Origin: Candidatus Marinacidobacterales bacterium
Lineage (GTDB): Bacteria; Acidobacteriota; Vicinamibacteria; Marinacidobacterales; SMYC01
Assembly (NCBI GenBank): GCA_965237955.1
Contig: OZ250169.1
Span: 6,272,001-6,336,000, forward strand
DNA length: 64,000 bases
Direction of reading: 5' to 3'
Of the stretch, positions 9,082 through 23,013 are shown piece after piece. The notes beneath the pieces are model-generated. The model saw nothing but the letters and a program-made list of their open reading frames with translations. It made no database searches and was not told the origin of the DNA. The translations under genes and the position numbers were made by a program. Every line of letters begins with the position of its first letter. The first letter of the stretch is position 1.

Positions 9082-11499
9082 TTAAAAGGTTGTACCAATA
9101 CCGAACCGGAACGCGGTTGCTGGCTGCAACGCGTCGCGGTGGGGATTATAGGCCCAAATCAAACGGAATGGAACGTTCAGCATCGGAACGAAAAACCGCA
9201 TCTCCGCGCCCGTCGACGTTCTGAGGTCACGAAACATCGAAAGGCTCCACGAGTCCGTCTCGAGATAGGCCTGGCCGGCGTCGAAGAAGAGCACGGCGCG
9301 AAGCGGGCCGGCGATAGGGATGTAGTACTCGACGTTGAAGAGCATCATTTTGGTGCCGCCGAGGAATGCACCGTTTTCGCCGCGCGGTCCCACGGTTCGG
9401 ATATCGTAGCCTCGAATTTGATTCTCACCGCCGAGGAAGAACCGCTCGAAAAAAGGAATGCCGGTCTTCTCGACATCGAAAATGAGATTGCCGTCATCTG
9501 TGCGCGGATTGAAGTCCGGCGGAAGTTCTGTCGTCCCCTTGAGCCACGACACCATGGCCCGGAAGCCGAAGTTCGTGGTGCGGCTGACGGGCACATACCA
9601 GATTCCCTCGAACGTGGGCTTGTAGTAGTTGACGGTGCCGCCCAGGACTCCGCCGGCCACGGCGAAGCTGGTCGTATACTGCTTGCCCTTGAAAGGGTAC
9701 AGCGGGTTGTCGGTCGTGTTGTGCACGAACGACGGGGTGACTTTGCTCGAGATGAAATTACCCTGGATGCCGAAAAAGCGAGGGTCGAAAAAGATGGGGT
9801 TGGTGTATAAATCGGCGATTCTAGGGACCAAGTCGGGATCGGGGTCGGATGTCGTGATAACCGAGTAATTGTAGTTCAAGAACAATCGCGAGAACCGCTT
9901 GACCGGGATGCCCCAAATGAGACCCGCCCCAGTGTCTTCGCGCGTGAATTGCGGGAGTCGCAGCGTGCGTTTGAACACGTTGAAGCCCATGGTGATGGGT
10001 TTGTCCATGAAATAGGGATCGGTCAACGCAATCTGGAAGTTCCGCGTCCGGGCACCGGTTACCACTGAGAACGACGCCGTCTCTCCGCGTCCCATGAAGT
10101 TCGTCGTCGAAAACCCCACGTTGATGAACGCACCCTCGAGCCCCGACACACCGCCACCGAAGTTGAACTGGTTGCGGTTTTGCTCCGCGAGCCGGAGAGT
10201 CACGTTGAGCTTGGTCTCTTCGCCTTCGACCGGTTCGATTTCAGGCTCCTGGATCGGCTGGAAGTACCCGAGCTGGTTGATGCGCTGAATGGACATCTTC
10301 AGGAGCTCCATGTTCATGACGTCCTGCTCGTTCAGAAACATCTCACGGCGAATGACCTTGTCTCGGGTCGTGGTATTCCCTTTGAACTCGATCAAGTTCA
10401 CGAAATACTGCTCGTCTTCGTTGAGGTTGATGGTGACGTTCACGAGGTCGGTATCGGGCACCGGCTCTTTGATAGGAAACCCGGTGAACTGGATGAAGCC
10501 GCGCGCACCGTAGAGCTCTCTGAGCTTCTCGAGCCCCTTCGTCACCTTGGACTCGTCGTAAATCTCCCCCGGCACCATCTTGAAGTAGCTCTTGACGAAC
10601 TCGGCCGGCAGTGTCTCGGCGCCCTCCACTTCGACGTTTCCGACGCGATACTGTTTTCCCTCGACCACGGGAATGGTCATCCGAAGCCACCGCCGCGGCT
10701 TCTTCCAGAATAAGAAGGAGCGCGAATACCCGTCTTCGTACTCCATTTTTGGAGGTCCGAACGAAACATCGACGAAGCCGTTGTTGAGGTAAATCTCACG
10801 AACGGCCTCGATGTCGGTGGCGTACTGCTCTTCGGTGTAGGTGCTACCGCCCATGAGAGACCCGAGAAAGTGACTCTCCTTGGTCTTTTTCATTCCCCAG
10901 CGGAGCCGCCAGTCGTCGAAGTTCTCGAGGCCTTCGAAATGGATCTCTTTGATCCGAATCTTTTGCTCGTCCTTGATGTCGAACACGACTTTCACGCCGC
11001 CGGCGTCGAGGACGTCCACGCGGCTGGTCACGCTGCCGTCGGTTCTTCCCTTGTCGATCAGCATGGCGCGGATGATGTTCTCGACTTTGACTACTTTTGC
11101 GGGGTCATAGAACGATTCGATGGGGATTTCTGCATTTTCTTCTTCGAGCTTCTCAGTAATCGAAGAGGCGCTGAGCTCTTTCGAGCCCACGAAATCGAGC
11201 GCTTGCACTCTCGGCCGCTCGACCAAGGTGTAGGTGACGATCTTGCCTCGCTCGCCATCGGTGACGTCGAGGGTGAGGTCGTCGAGGAACTCGGTCCCCC
11301 ACAACGCACGAAAATCACGCAGCGCGTCGTCGCGGTCGTACGGATCTCCGACCTTTTGCGCAATGTGATTCAGATAGGTTTCGGTAACGATGATTTCGTT
11401 TCCTATTATCTCGATACGCTCGATGTTGTCTCGTTGCGCAAACGAAGACAGCGGGAAGGCGAGAAACAAGAAAATGCTGAGGAAACGCATGTTGGGCAT
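9082..11499 (-). CDS. bamA: Outer membrane protein assembly factor BamA
   Basis: POTRA repeats (GNTTTRDKVIRRE), RFFLGGENQIRGY, C-terminal FGIGTTF. Confidence 0.95.
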   Translation of the reverse strand: MPNMRFLSIFLFLAFPLSSFAQRDNIERIEIIGNEIIVTETYLNHIAQKVGDPYDRDDALRDFRALWGTEFLDDLTLDVTDGERGKIVTYTLVERPRVQALDFVGSKELSASSITEKLEEENAEIPIESFYDPAKVVKVENIIRAMLIDKGRTDGSVTSRVDVLDAGGVKVVFDIKDEQKIRIKEIHFEGLENFDDWRLRWGMKKTKESHFLGSLMGGSTYTEEQYATDIEAVREIYLNNGFVDVSFGPPKMEYEDGYSRSFLFWKKPRRWLRMTIPVVEGKQYRVGNVEVEGAETLPAEFVKSYFKMVPGEIYDESKVTKGLEKLRELYGARGFIQFTGFPIKEPVPDTDLVNVTINLNEDEQYFVNLIEFKGNTTTRDKVIRREMFLNEQDVMNMELLKMSIQRINQLGYFQPIQEPEIEPVEGEETKLNVTLRLAEQNRNQFNFGGGVSGLEGAFINVGFSTTNFMGRGETASFSVVTGARTRNFQIALTDPYFMDKPITMGFNVFKRTLRLPQFTREDTGAGLIWGIPVKRFSRLFLNYNYSVITTSDPDPDLVPRIADLYTNPIFFDPRFFGIQGNFISSKVTPSFVHNTTDNPLYPFKGKQYTTSFAVAGGVLGGTVNYYKPTFEGIWYVPVSRTTNFGFRAMVSWLKGTTELPPDFNPRTDDGNLIFDVEKTGIPFFERFFLGGENQIRGYDIRTVGPRGENGAFLGGTKMMLFNVEYYIPIAGPLRAVLFFDAGQAYLETDSWSLSMFRDLRTSTGAEMRFFVPMLNVPFRLIWAYNPHRDALQPATAFRFGIGTTF

Positions 11500-11514
11500 T
11501 GCTGATTCCTTGTT

Positions 11515-13956
<2,442 letters not shown>

Positions 13957-14082
13957 GTCCTCCACCCGAACTGCTGCTAGGCATTATATCACACGCGGCT
14001 AAATCATTGCGTGGGTTGGGGTTCAAGCTTTCCGATGCCCGTTGCATCGTTGAAAGCATAGCATTAATCATGCGTTTCATAC

Positions 14083-14107
14083 CAGCCATCGGCCATCGGC
14101 CATCAGC
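14083..14107. repeat. Heptamer tandem array (GCCATCG/GCCATCA)n
   Basis: CAGCCATCGGCCATCGGCCATCAGC at the lolD 3' end; inverted counterpart at 14819-14848. Confidence 0.8.
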
Positions 14108-14789
14108 CTGAACTCACTTTGCCATCTTCCATGTATAGGACTCGATCGCAGTCGGAGGCGGTGGCTTCGCTGTGAGTGACGATCACTGAAGTCAGCCCGC
14201 GGTTGTCGTGAAGCTCGCGGAAGAGAGCAATGAGCTCGTTACTGTTGCGAGTGTCCAAGTTTCCGGTGGGCTCATCAGCGAGGATCAGGCCGGGCTCGGC
14301 GACAAGGGCGCGAGCGACGGCGACCCGCTGCTGCTCCCCGCCGGAAAGCTGCGCGGGCCGGTGCGCGATTCTCTCGCCGAGCCCAAACTCGGACAACAGA
14401 GCGTTGGCACGCCGGAACGCGTCCTTCTCGTCGCGCTTCGCGATCAAAAGCGGCATGGCAACGTTCTCCGAAGCGGTGAACTCCGGCAAGAGGTGATGAA
14501 ACTGAAAGATGAACCCGATGCTCTCGTTCCGAAGCCGGTCTCGAGCCTCCTCGTCCAGGTTAAACACGTCCTGGCTCCCGAGAAGAACGGTCCCCGCGTC
14601 AGGGACATCGAGCGTCCCGAGACAGTGCATGAGCGTGCTCTTCCCGACACCCGAAGCCCCCACGATAGCGACCATCTCCCCCTGCTCAACGCTGATATCG
14701 ACACCGCGAAGCACTTCGACGCTCCGCTCATCCGAGCGATAACTCTTCCGAAGCCCGGTCGCCCGAATCAGCGGCTCAGCCACACCCAA
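14103..14789 (-). CDS. lolD: Lipoprotein-releasing ABC transporter ATP-binding subunit
   Basis: [19 protein letters not shown] LolD motif, [16 protein letters not shown]. Confidence 0.9.
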   Translation of the reverse strand: MGVAEPLIRATGLRKSYRSDERSVEVLRGVDISVEQGEMVAIVGASGVGKSTLMHCLGTLDVPDAGTVLLGSQDVFNLDEEARDRLRNESIGFIFQFHHLLPEFTASENVAMPLLIAKRDEKDAFRRANALLSEFGLGERIAHRPAQLSGGEQQRVAVARALVAEPGLILADEPTGNLDTRNSNELIALFRELHDNRGLTSVIVTHSEATASDCDRVLYMEDGKVSSG

Positions 14790-14818
14790 AGCTCCGCGCC
14801 ACAGTACAACGAAAACCT

Positions 14819-14848
14819 GCTGATGGCTTATGGCCGATGGCCGATGCC
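14819..14848. repeat. Heptamer tandem array (TGATGGC/CGATGGC)n
   Basis: GCTGATGGCTTATGGCCGATGGCCGATG between lolCE and lolD. Confidence 0.75.
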
Positions 14849-14852
14849 TGCC

Positions 14853-16121
14853 TCATTCAAATCTTAACGCTTCCGTGATCACGAGCTGCGCTGCCCGTCG
14901 CGCCGGATAAAGCGTCGCCAGGAAACAGATCAGCGGCGCAGCAAAAACCACCAGCAGGAAGTCCGCGGGCAGCAGCTTGAAGGGTACCCACGCTACCTGG
15001 TAGACGTCTTCCGGGATCGTAACCAACCGGTAGTGGTCCAAGACCCACGAGACCGTCACCCCGAGAGCGGCACCGATCAGCGTGCCCACGACGCCGATGA
15101 TCGCGCCCTGCAGCATGAAGATGCGCATGATGCTCTTCGCGCTCGCCCCCATCGAGCGCAGGATCGCGATATCGCGGGTCTTGTTCATGACGATCATGAT
15201 CTGACTCGCGACGATATTGAGGGCGGCCACTCCGACGATGAAACTGATGAATATCGTCGTGACCATCTTTTCGAGCCAGAACGCGGAGAACAAACTTGCG
15301 TTCGTCTCTTTCCAATTCATCGAGCCGTACTCTGAGCCGAGGGCCTTCATCGCTTCTATCTCGATCGCTTCCACACCGAACAGATCACGCACCTTCGTCT
15401 CGACGTACATCGCCTCGTCGCCGACGCCGAGCAGCCGCTGCGCTTCGGGGAGATGGAGAAGCGCCCACGAATTGTCGAAATTGTAGAGACCGAGACGAAA
15501 GATACCGACGACACGAAAGCTCCTCGTACGCGGGATCATCCCGAACGGCGTCAGATGTCCTTCGGGCGTCGTCACCTTGATGACGTCACCGATGAAGACG
15601 CCGAGCGTCATCGCCAGCTCATCACCGACGACGATACCGGGAGGCGTTTTTTCCGGGTCCGTGCTATCGTCCTTCGGCTCGACCAAGCGCGTCAATCCCA
15701 TCAGTCCCATCAGTCCCCCGGCCATCATCTTCTGCCCGAACTCCGTCACCGTCGCTTCCTGCATCGGCTCGATCCCCTTCAACGTGACCAGACCCGTTCC
15801 CGTTGCGCTCGAAACCAGCGCCTTGCCGTAGAGGACGGGTGCGGCACCTTCGATCCCGTCGATGCCACCGAGCTTTGCGATGACCGCACGATAGTCGTTG
15901 AACGGTTCGCCCCCGCCCTTGTAGATGCTCAAGTGAGAGGCAGCGCCGAGAATGCGCGAGCGGAGCTCACCTTGAAAGCCGGTCAAGATCGCAAGCGCGA
16001 TCAAGAGGATCATCACGCCGACGATGACGCCGAGCGTCGAGATCGTAGAAATCACCGAGATGAAAAGCTGGCGTCTCTGAGCAATCAGATACCTGAGGGC
16101 GATCCGAAGCTCGAACGACAC
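14853..16121 (-). CDS. Lipoprotein-releasing ABC transporter permease LolC/E
   Basis: IALRYL...FISVIS, DIAILRSMGA, LATLYPARRAA; adjacent to lolD. Confidence 0.9.
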   Translation of the reverse strand: MSFELRIALRYLIAQRRQLFISVISTISTLGVIVGVMILLIALAILTGFQGELRSRILGAASHLSIYKGGGEPFNDYRAVIAKLGGIDGIEGAAPVLYGKALVSSATGTGLVTLKGIEPMQEATVTEFGQKMMAGGLMGLMGLTRLVEPKDDSTDPEKTPPGIVVGDELAMTLGVFIGDVIKVTTPEGHLTPFGMIPRTRSFRVVGIFRLGLYNFDNSWALLHLPEAQRLLGVGDEAMYVETKVRDLFGVEAIEIEAMKALGSEYGSMNWKETNASLFSAFWLEKMVTTIFISFIVGVAALNIVASQIMIVMNKTRDIAILRSMGASAKSIMRIFMLQGAIIGVVGTLIGAALGVTVSWVLDHYRLVTIPEDVYQVAWVPFKLLPADFLLVVFAAPLICFLATLYPARRAAQLVITEALRFE

Positions 16122-16122
16122 G

Positions 16123-17651
<1,529 letters not shown>

Positions 17652-17652
<1 letters not shown>

Positions 17653-18071
17653 TATCGGCTCTCCGAAGCTCCTTCGATGCTGGTACACACGGCGTCGAGC
17701 ACACCGTTGACAAAGCTTACCGCGTCCGGCGCGGAGAAACGCTTCGTCACCTCGAGCGCTTCGTTGATGACGACGCTCTTGGGAGTCTCCGTCTCCATGA
17801 GCTCGTAGATCGCGACCCTGAGAATGTTGCGATCCACCGTCGCCATCCGACCCAGACGCCAGCTATCGGATTGTTGCGAGATGTTGGCGTCGATATCATC
17901 GATGCGTCGGATCGCACCTTCGGCGAGAGCGTGCGCAAACGTGCGCGCCTCCTCACCTGCGTTTTGCAGTACACCCATGGACTCGACGATCTTGTCGAGC
18001 GGCTCGCGGGTCACATCCCACTGATAGAGCATTTGGAGCGCCAGCTCGCGACCTTTTCTCCGCGCACCCAC
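17652..18071 (-). CDS. nusB: Transcription antitermination factor NusB
   Basis: RRKGRELALQMLYQ, DRNILR, INEALE, FVNGVLD. Confidence 0.95.
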
Positions 18072-18073
18072 GA

Positions 18074-18556
18074 CTATTCAGCACCCAGGCGAGAGTAGAG
18101 CTCGGCCATTTCGACGGCGGCGAGTGCCGCGTCGTAGCCCTTGTTGCCCTTGTTGTTGGCCGCTTTGCCGGCGCGCTCGAGAGCTTGTTCCATGTTCTCC
18201 GTCGTCAGCAACGCATTCGTCATCGGCACACTGGTTAGAAGCGAAGCTTCAACCAGAGCGGTGGTCACGCTCGCGCTCAAATAGTCCCAGTGGGGTGTCC
18301 CGCCTTTGACGATGGCGCCGAGACAGACGACACCAGCGACCCGACCCGTTTCCGCCAAACGCTTCGCCGCAAGTGGCATTTCGAACGCACCAGGGACTCT
18401 GACGACTTCGATGTCGTCGGCATCGACGTGGGCGCGGCGGAGCGCTTCGAGAGCTCCTTCGAGGAGCTTGTCGGTAACGGTGCTATTGAACCGCGCGACG
18501 ACGATACCGAAGCGTCGGCCCTTACCGTTTGGCTTGCCTTCCCAGATCTTGGTCAC
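18074..18556 (-). CDS. ribH: 6,7-dimethyl-8-ribityllumazine synthase
   Basis: IVVARFN, VPGAFEMP, LGAIVKGGTPH; probable GTG start at 18556 (the upstream in-frame extension is a gene relic). Confidence 0.92.
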   Translation of the reverse strand: MTKIWEGKPNGKGRRFGIVVARFNSTVTDKLLEGALEALRRAHVDADDIEVVRVPGAFEMPLAAKRLAETGRVAGVVCLGAIVKGGTPHWDYLSASVTTALVEASLLTSVPMTNALLTTENMEQALERAGKAANNKGNKGYDAALAAVEMAELYSRLGAE

Positions 18557-18559
18557 GTT

Positions 18560-18659
18560 ACTGGCATACTCGACGTACTCGTAGAAGCCCCGCCCGGATT
18601 TCTTGCCGAGGTGTACGGCTAGCAGCATAAACCACGCCGACTTTTTTTATCTCGGTCAC
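18560..18659 (-). pseudogene. Internally deleted 3-hydroxybutyryl/3-hydroxyacyl-CoA dehydrogenase relic
   Basis: N-terminus MTEIKKVGVV (18659-18630) joined out of frame to the C-terminal motif MLLAVHLGKKSGRGFYEY. Confidence 0.75.
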
Positions 18660-19030
18660 TTGCGATCTCCTCCGACGCACCAAAATAGACTGAGCGCGAC
18701 CCCGGCAAGCAAGGTGCCCACGCCGTCGTACAGCAGATCGAGCCAGCTACCTACTCGCTCGGGAACCCACGACTGGTGCCATTCGTCGCTGGCGCCGTAG
18801 GCGACGGCGATGGCGAGGCCGCCGAAAAGCGCGCGGCGCGAAGCCGGCTCGCGTAGACCTCGAGCCACGGCGCGCACGGCGAGAAGCGCCATCACGAAAT
18901 AGGCTCCCGCGTGGAGCACGACGTCGGGGGTCTCGTCGAACGCTCCCGGACGAGGTCTCGAGGAAACGAAGAATATGAACGCCATGTAGAGCCCCAGAGG
19001 TCCCCACCAGCGCCAAAACGACGCGCTCAC
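18656..19030 (-). CDS. VanZ-like membrane protein
   Basis: YMAFIFFVSS, LHAGAY, YGASDEWHQSWVPER...DLLYD; GTG start overlaps the upstream stop. Confidence 0.85.
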   Translation of the reverse strand: MSASFWRWWGPLGLYMAFIFFVSSRPRPGAFDETPDVVLHAGAYFVMALLAVRAVARGLREPASRRALFGGLAIAVAYGASDEWHQSWVPERVGSWLDLLYDGVGTLLAGVALSLFWCVGGDRK

Positions 19031-19200
19031 GAAGGGAAGGGGTACATCAACCACCCGATGACGAAAGCCGAGCCCACGAAGCAGACGAAGGAAAAGACGG
19101 CGAACCGGAGCTGCTCTTTGCGCGTGTCGCGCATCAGGAGCGCGAACGCGATGGAGATGAGAAACGCGAAAATACCCAAAATAAGAAAATGACTCGTCAC
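19027..19200 (-). CDS. Small two-TM hypothetical protein (57 aa), below the ORF-track cutoff
   Basis: MTSHFLILGIFAFLISIAFALLMRDTRKEQLRFAVFSFVCFVGSAFVIGWLMYPFPS; fills the operon gap with a GTGA overlap. Confidence 0.75.
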   Translation of the reverse strand: MTSHFLILGIFAFLISIAFALLMRDTRKEQLRFAVFSFVCFVGSAFVIGWLMYPFPS

Positions 19201-19208
19201 GGCGGTGT

Positions 19209-19616
19209 CTATTCTTTCCTACCGACCGCGATGTCGAAAACGTCGAGCACGATGAGTATGTTCAAAAGGCCAGCGACGATGAGAAACGTGTAGCCGTACT
19301 CATACGTTACCGAGGTCACGGTGCCGTCACCACGCCCTAGAAGGTCGGTGACAAAATAGGGCAAGCCCACACCGATCTCGGCCAAGCCCGCGAGCAGCCT
19401 CAACAAATCGCTTCGATCGAGCTCGACGAGCTCACCGCCCCAATAGAGCCCGAGCAGAAACAACGTCATGACGACCGCGAAGAAGATGAGGCCACGCCCG
19501 CGGCGACCGAGCATGAAGTGCCCCAGCCCGGGGACGAGCCAGCCCGACACGCACGCGGGGATCGCCGCGGCGACGTTCTCCTTCTCGTTCGCGCGCTCGC
19601 GTTGTTTTGCCGGCAT
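19209..19616 (-). CDS. Membrane protein (DUF6677-like)
   Basis: WLVPGLGHFMLGRRGRG...YEYGYTFLIVAGLLNILIVLD. Confidence 0.7.
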   Translation of the reverse strand: MPAKQRERANEKENVAAAIPACVSGWLVPGLGHFMLGRRGRGLIFFAVVMTLFLLGLYWGGELVELDRSDLLRLLAGLAEIGVGLPYFVTDLLGRGDGTVTSVTYEYGYTFLIVAGLLNILIVLDVFDIAVGRKE

Positions 19617-19647
19617 GACTCCTGATTTTAACCGATCGCGAAACTAG

Positions 19648-20268
19648 CTACAGGGTTCCGTACAAGCGATCCCCGTAGTCACCGAGGCCGGGCATGATGT
19701 ATTTTTGTTCGTTGAGCGCACGATCGACGGCCGCGGTATAGATGTCGACGCCAGGGTGGTCCTCGCCTAGGCGCTCGATGCCTTCGGGCGCGGCGACGAT
19801 GCAGAGTAGCCGCACCCTGGTCGCTCCTTGCTCCTTCAAGAGCGCCACCGCGGCGCTCGCCGAGCCTCCGGTCGCCAGCATCGGGTCGAGCAAGAACACG
19901 AACGCGCCGGAAAGATTCGGGAGTTTACGATAGTACTGTCGCGCCACCGCCGTGGATTCATCGCGTTCGAGCCCGACGTAGCCAACCGACGCTTTCGGAA
20001 AAATCGACAGCATCACGTCCAACATACCCATCCCGGCCCGTAGCACCGGAACCAGCACTACGACCGCATCGAGCCGCTTGACGTCGGTCTCTTCGAGCGG
20101 GGTGCGAACCTTGTCCGCGCGGCTCGGTAGATCGCGCGACGCGTCGAAGGCGAGAAGGGTCGTCAGCTGGCGCGAGAGCAGCCGAAAGCGCTCCGGTGGC
20201 GTCGATTGGTCCCGCAACTCGGCGAGGACTTCCGCGATGAGAGGATGCTCGACATGATGGAGCGCCAC
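19648..20268 (-). CDS. upp: Uracil phosphoribosyltransferase
   Basis: VPVLRAGMGM, LDPMLATGGS, YIMPGLGDYGDRLYGT. Confidence 0.95.
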   Translation of the reverse strand: MALHHVEHPLIAEVLAELRDQSTPPERFRLLSRQLTTLLAFDASRDLPSRADKVRTPLEETDVKRLDAVVVLVPVLRAGMGMLDVMLSIFPKASVGYVGLERDESTAVARQYYRKLPNLSGAFVFLLDPMLATGGSASAAVALLKEQGATRVRLLCIVAAPEGIERLGEDHPGVDIYTAAVDRALNEQKYIMPGLGDYGDRLYGTL

Positions 20269-20316
20269 GCTAACGTCCTTCCTTTCGCAAAGCTGGTATC
20301 ATCATAACCCTTCGCG

Positions 20317-21627
20317 ATGAGAGCGGTCGATATCCTCCACAAAAAAAGACACGGGCTGGCACTCGAGCGCGACGAGATCGCGTTTCTCGTCGATGGCTTC
20401 ACCGCCGGCGACATTCCCAGCTATCAGATTTCCGCGTTCCTGATGGCGGTGAGCCTCACGGGAATGAACCAGGTGGAGACACGCGCTCTCACCGAAACCA
20501 TGCTGGCGAGCGGCGCCGTTTTGGATCTCTCCGACATTCCCGGCGAGAAAATCGACAAGCACAGCACTGGAGGTGTCGGCGACAAAACGTCGCTCATCAT
20601 CGCCCCTCTCGCGGCAGCCGCGGGTGTCCGCGTTCCCATGATCTCGGGCCGCGCGCTCGGACACTCCGGGGGAACTATCGACAAGCTCGAGGCGATACCA
20701 GGCTTCGACGTTCATCTCGACGAAAAGCGATTCAAGGACGTCGTCGGCTCAATAGGATGCGCGATCATCGGCCAAAGCGAAGACATCGCCCCCGCGGATC
20801 GAAAGCTCTACGCTCTGCGTGACGTCACCGCAACCATCGAGAGCCTTCCTTTGATCACCGGCAGCATCCTCTCGAAAAAGCTCGCCGAAGGTATCTCGGG
20901 TCTCGTCCTCGACGTGAAGTTTGGAAGCGGTGCGTTCATGAAAACGATCGACGAGGCGCGCGCCCTCGCGGATCTCCTTCTCGATACCGCAACGCACATG
21001 GGGAAGAAAGCCACAGCTCTCCTCACCGATATGAATCAACCGCTCGGCAACTACGTCGGAAACGCGCTCGAGGTGGAAGAATCCATCGCCGTTCTCAGCG
21101 GTGACGGAGCGGCCGATCTCACCGCCCTGTCGGTGACGTTGACCGCCCACATGCTCGTTCTCGGTGGAGTGGCGGCTGACGCCGAGGAAGGCGCAGAGAA
21201 AGCCGAGCGCGTGCTCGCCTCCGGGCAGGGTCTCGAGAAGTTTCACGAGCTCGTGAACGCTCAAGGCGGGGACGCGAGTCGGTTGCCGCGCGCCAAGCGG
21301 CGGAAGATCCTCGAAGCTCCCCGAGCGGGCTATGTAGCAACGATCGCAACCGAAACAATAGGGCGCGCGGCCATGATGCTCGGGGCCGGGCGCGAGACGG
21401 TGGACGACACCATCGATCCCGGCGCCGGGCTCGTCGTGCACAAAAAGCTCGGAGACGAGGTCGCTTCCGGTGAGCCCCTGGTCACGCTTCACTTCAACGA
21501 CGAGTCGAACCTCGCCGAAGTCGAGAAGCTCGTGGCCCACGCGTACCAGATCTCAGATACTGCCCTTGCCGTGAGTGAGCTCGAGCTCGTACGTGCCGTT
21601 CTCACTCCGCTCGAAAGGAAGGCTTGA
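20317..21627 (+). CDS. pdp: Pyrimidine-nucleoside/thymidine phosphorylase
   Basis: DKHSTGGVGDKTS, MISGRALGHSGGTIDKLE, DVKFGSGAFMK. Confidence 0.93.
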   Translation: MRAVDILHKKRHGLALERDEIAFLVDGFTAGDIPSYQISAFLMAVSLTGMNQVETRALTETMLASGAVLDLSDIPGEKIDKHSTGGVGDKTSLIIAPLAAAAGVRVPMISGRALGHSGGTIDKLEAIPGFDVHLDEKRFKDVVGSIGCAIIGQSEDIAPADRKLYALRDVTATIESLPLITGSILSKKLAEGISGLVLDVKFGSGAFMKTIDEARALADLLLDTATHMGKKATALLTDMNQPLGNYVGNALEVEESIAVLSGDGAADLTALSVTLTAHMLVLGGVAADAEEGAEKAERVLASGQGLEKFHELVNAQGGDASRLPRAKRRKILEAPRAGYVATIATETIGRAAMMLGAGRETVDDTIDPGAGLVVHKKLGDEVASGEPLVTLHFNDESNLAEVEKLVAHAYQISDTALAVSELELVRAVLTPLERKA

Positions 21628-22826
21628 TGGAGCGCTACATCGGAATCCTGGGCCTCGTCGTCATCCTCGGCATCGCGTACGCCGCCTCGCTCGATCGAAA
21701 GGCCATCAAGCCGCGCATCATCGTGTGGGGCCTTGTCCTCCAGTTTACCTTCGCCCTGTCCGTGATGAAAATTCCCGTCGGCATGGCGAGTCTGAGCGGT
21801 CTGGCCACGGCCACCAACGGGTTGATGAACAAGGCGAACGCCGGCGCCGAGTTCATTTTCGGCGATCTGGCCACGACTGATAACCTCGGCTTCATCTTCG
21901 TCGTCAAAGCGCTCCCCATCATTATTTTTCTATCGTCGCTCTTCTCCATCCTTTACTACGTTGGCGTGTTGCAACTAATCGTGCGCGTGATGGCGAAAGT
22001 GATGGTGCGGACGATGGGCACGAGCGGAGCCGAATCCCTCGCCACCGCCGCGAACGTCTTCATGGGGCAAACCGAAGCGCCTCTCGTCATCGCCCCCTAC
22101 ATCGACAAGATGACGTACTCCGAGGTCGCGTTGGTGATGATCGGCGGCATGGCGACGATCTCCGGCGCAGTACTCGGGGTGTACATCGGCTTCGGCGCCC
22201 AGGCGGAGTTTCTTCTCGCCGCGAGCATCATGAACGCGCCCGCCGCAATCGTGATGGCCAAGATGCTGGTCCCCGAGACCGGCGAGCCTCTCACCCGGGG
22301 CGAGGTCAAGCTCAAGCTCGAACGCAAAGAGGTCAACATCATCGACGCGGCCGCCCGTGGCGCCGGAGCTGGGATGACGCTATCGCTCAACATCGCCGCG
22401 ATGCTCATCGCGTTCGTCTCGCTCATCGCTCTCGTCAACTGGCCTCTTCAATATTTAGGGACATCCCTCGAGCAGATCTTTGCTTTGGTGTTCGCCCCGC
22501 TTGCCTACTTGATGGGTGTCCCCTGGAACGAGTCCGGCGTCGTTGGCAATCTCATCGGACAGAAAGTGATCGTCAACGAGTTCGTCGCCTACCAATCGCT
22601 CGGAGTGCTCAAGGCCGCCGGTGAGATCTCTGCGCGCGCGGAGCTCATCACGACGTACGCGCTCTGTGGCTTTGCCAACATCGCGTCGATCGCGATCCAG
22701 ATCGGCGGCATCGGCGGACTGGCACCGACTCGGAAGCCCGACCTCGCGCGCCTCGGCATGCGCGCGCTCCTAGGCGGTTCCCTGGCAACATTCATGACCG
22801 CCTCCATCGCGGGTCTACTGAACTAA
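21627..22826 (+). CDS. nupC: Concentrative nucleoside transporter (CNT/NupC family)
   Basis: GAESLATAANVFMGQTEAPL, NEFVAY, YALCGFAN. Confidence 0.92.
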   Translation: MERYIGILGLVVILGIAYAASLDRKAIKPRIIVWGLVLQFTFALSVMKIPVGMASLSGLATATNGLMNKANAGAEFIFGDLATTDNLGFIFVVKALPIIIFLSSLFSILYYVGVLQLIVRVMAKVMVRTMGTSGAESLATAANVFMGQTEAPLVIAPYIDKMTYSEVALVMIGGMATISGAVLGVYIGFGAQAEFLLAASIMNAPAAIVMAKMLVPETGEPLTRGEVKLKLERKEVNIIDAAARGAGAGMTLSLNIAAMLIAFVSLIALVNWPLQYLGTSLEQIFALVFAPLAYLMGVPWNESGVVGNLIGQKVIVNEFVAYQSLGVLKAAGEISARAELITTYALCGFANIASIAIQIGGIGGLAPTRKPDLARLGMRALLGGSLATFMTASIAGLLN

Positions 22827-22870
22827 TAGGGTGATGAAAGACTGAAAATGCTGATGACGCGGAAAAAAAA

Positions 22871-22973
22871 CAACGCAAAGTCGCAGGGACGCAAAGACGC
22901 AAAGGGGTTGGTTCACTTCGCTTCACTCGACTCGCTTTCTTTGCGCCTCCGCGTCTTGGCGTCTTTGCGTTTG
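22871..22973. repeat. REP-like palindromic 8-mer element
   Basis: CAACGCAAAGTCGCAGGGACGCAAAGACGCAAAG...CTTTGCGCCTCCGCGTCTTGGCGTCTTTGCGTT. Confidence 0.85.
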
Positions 22974-23013
22974 TTTTTGGGAATCACAGGCACGCACTCT
23001 CTCTAGACAAGAC

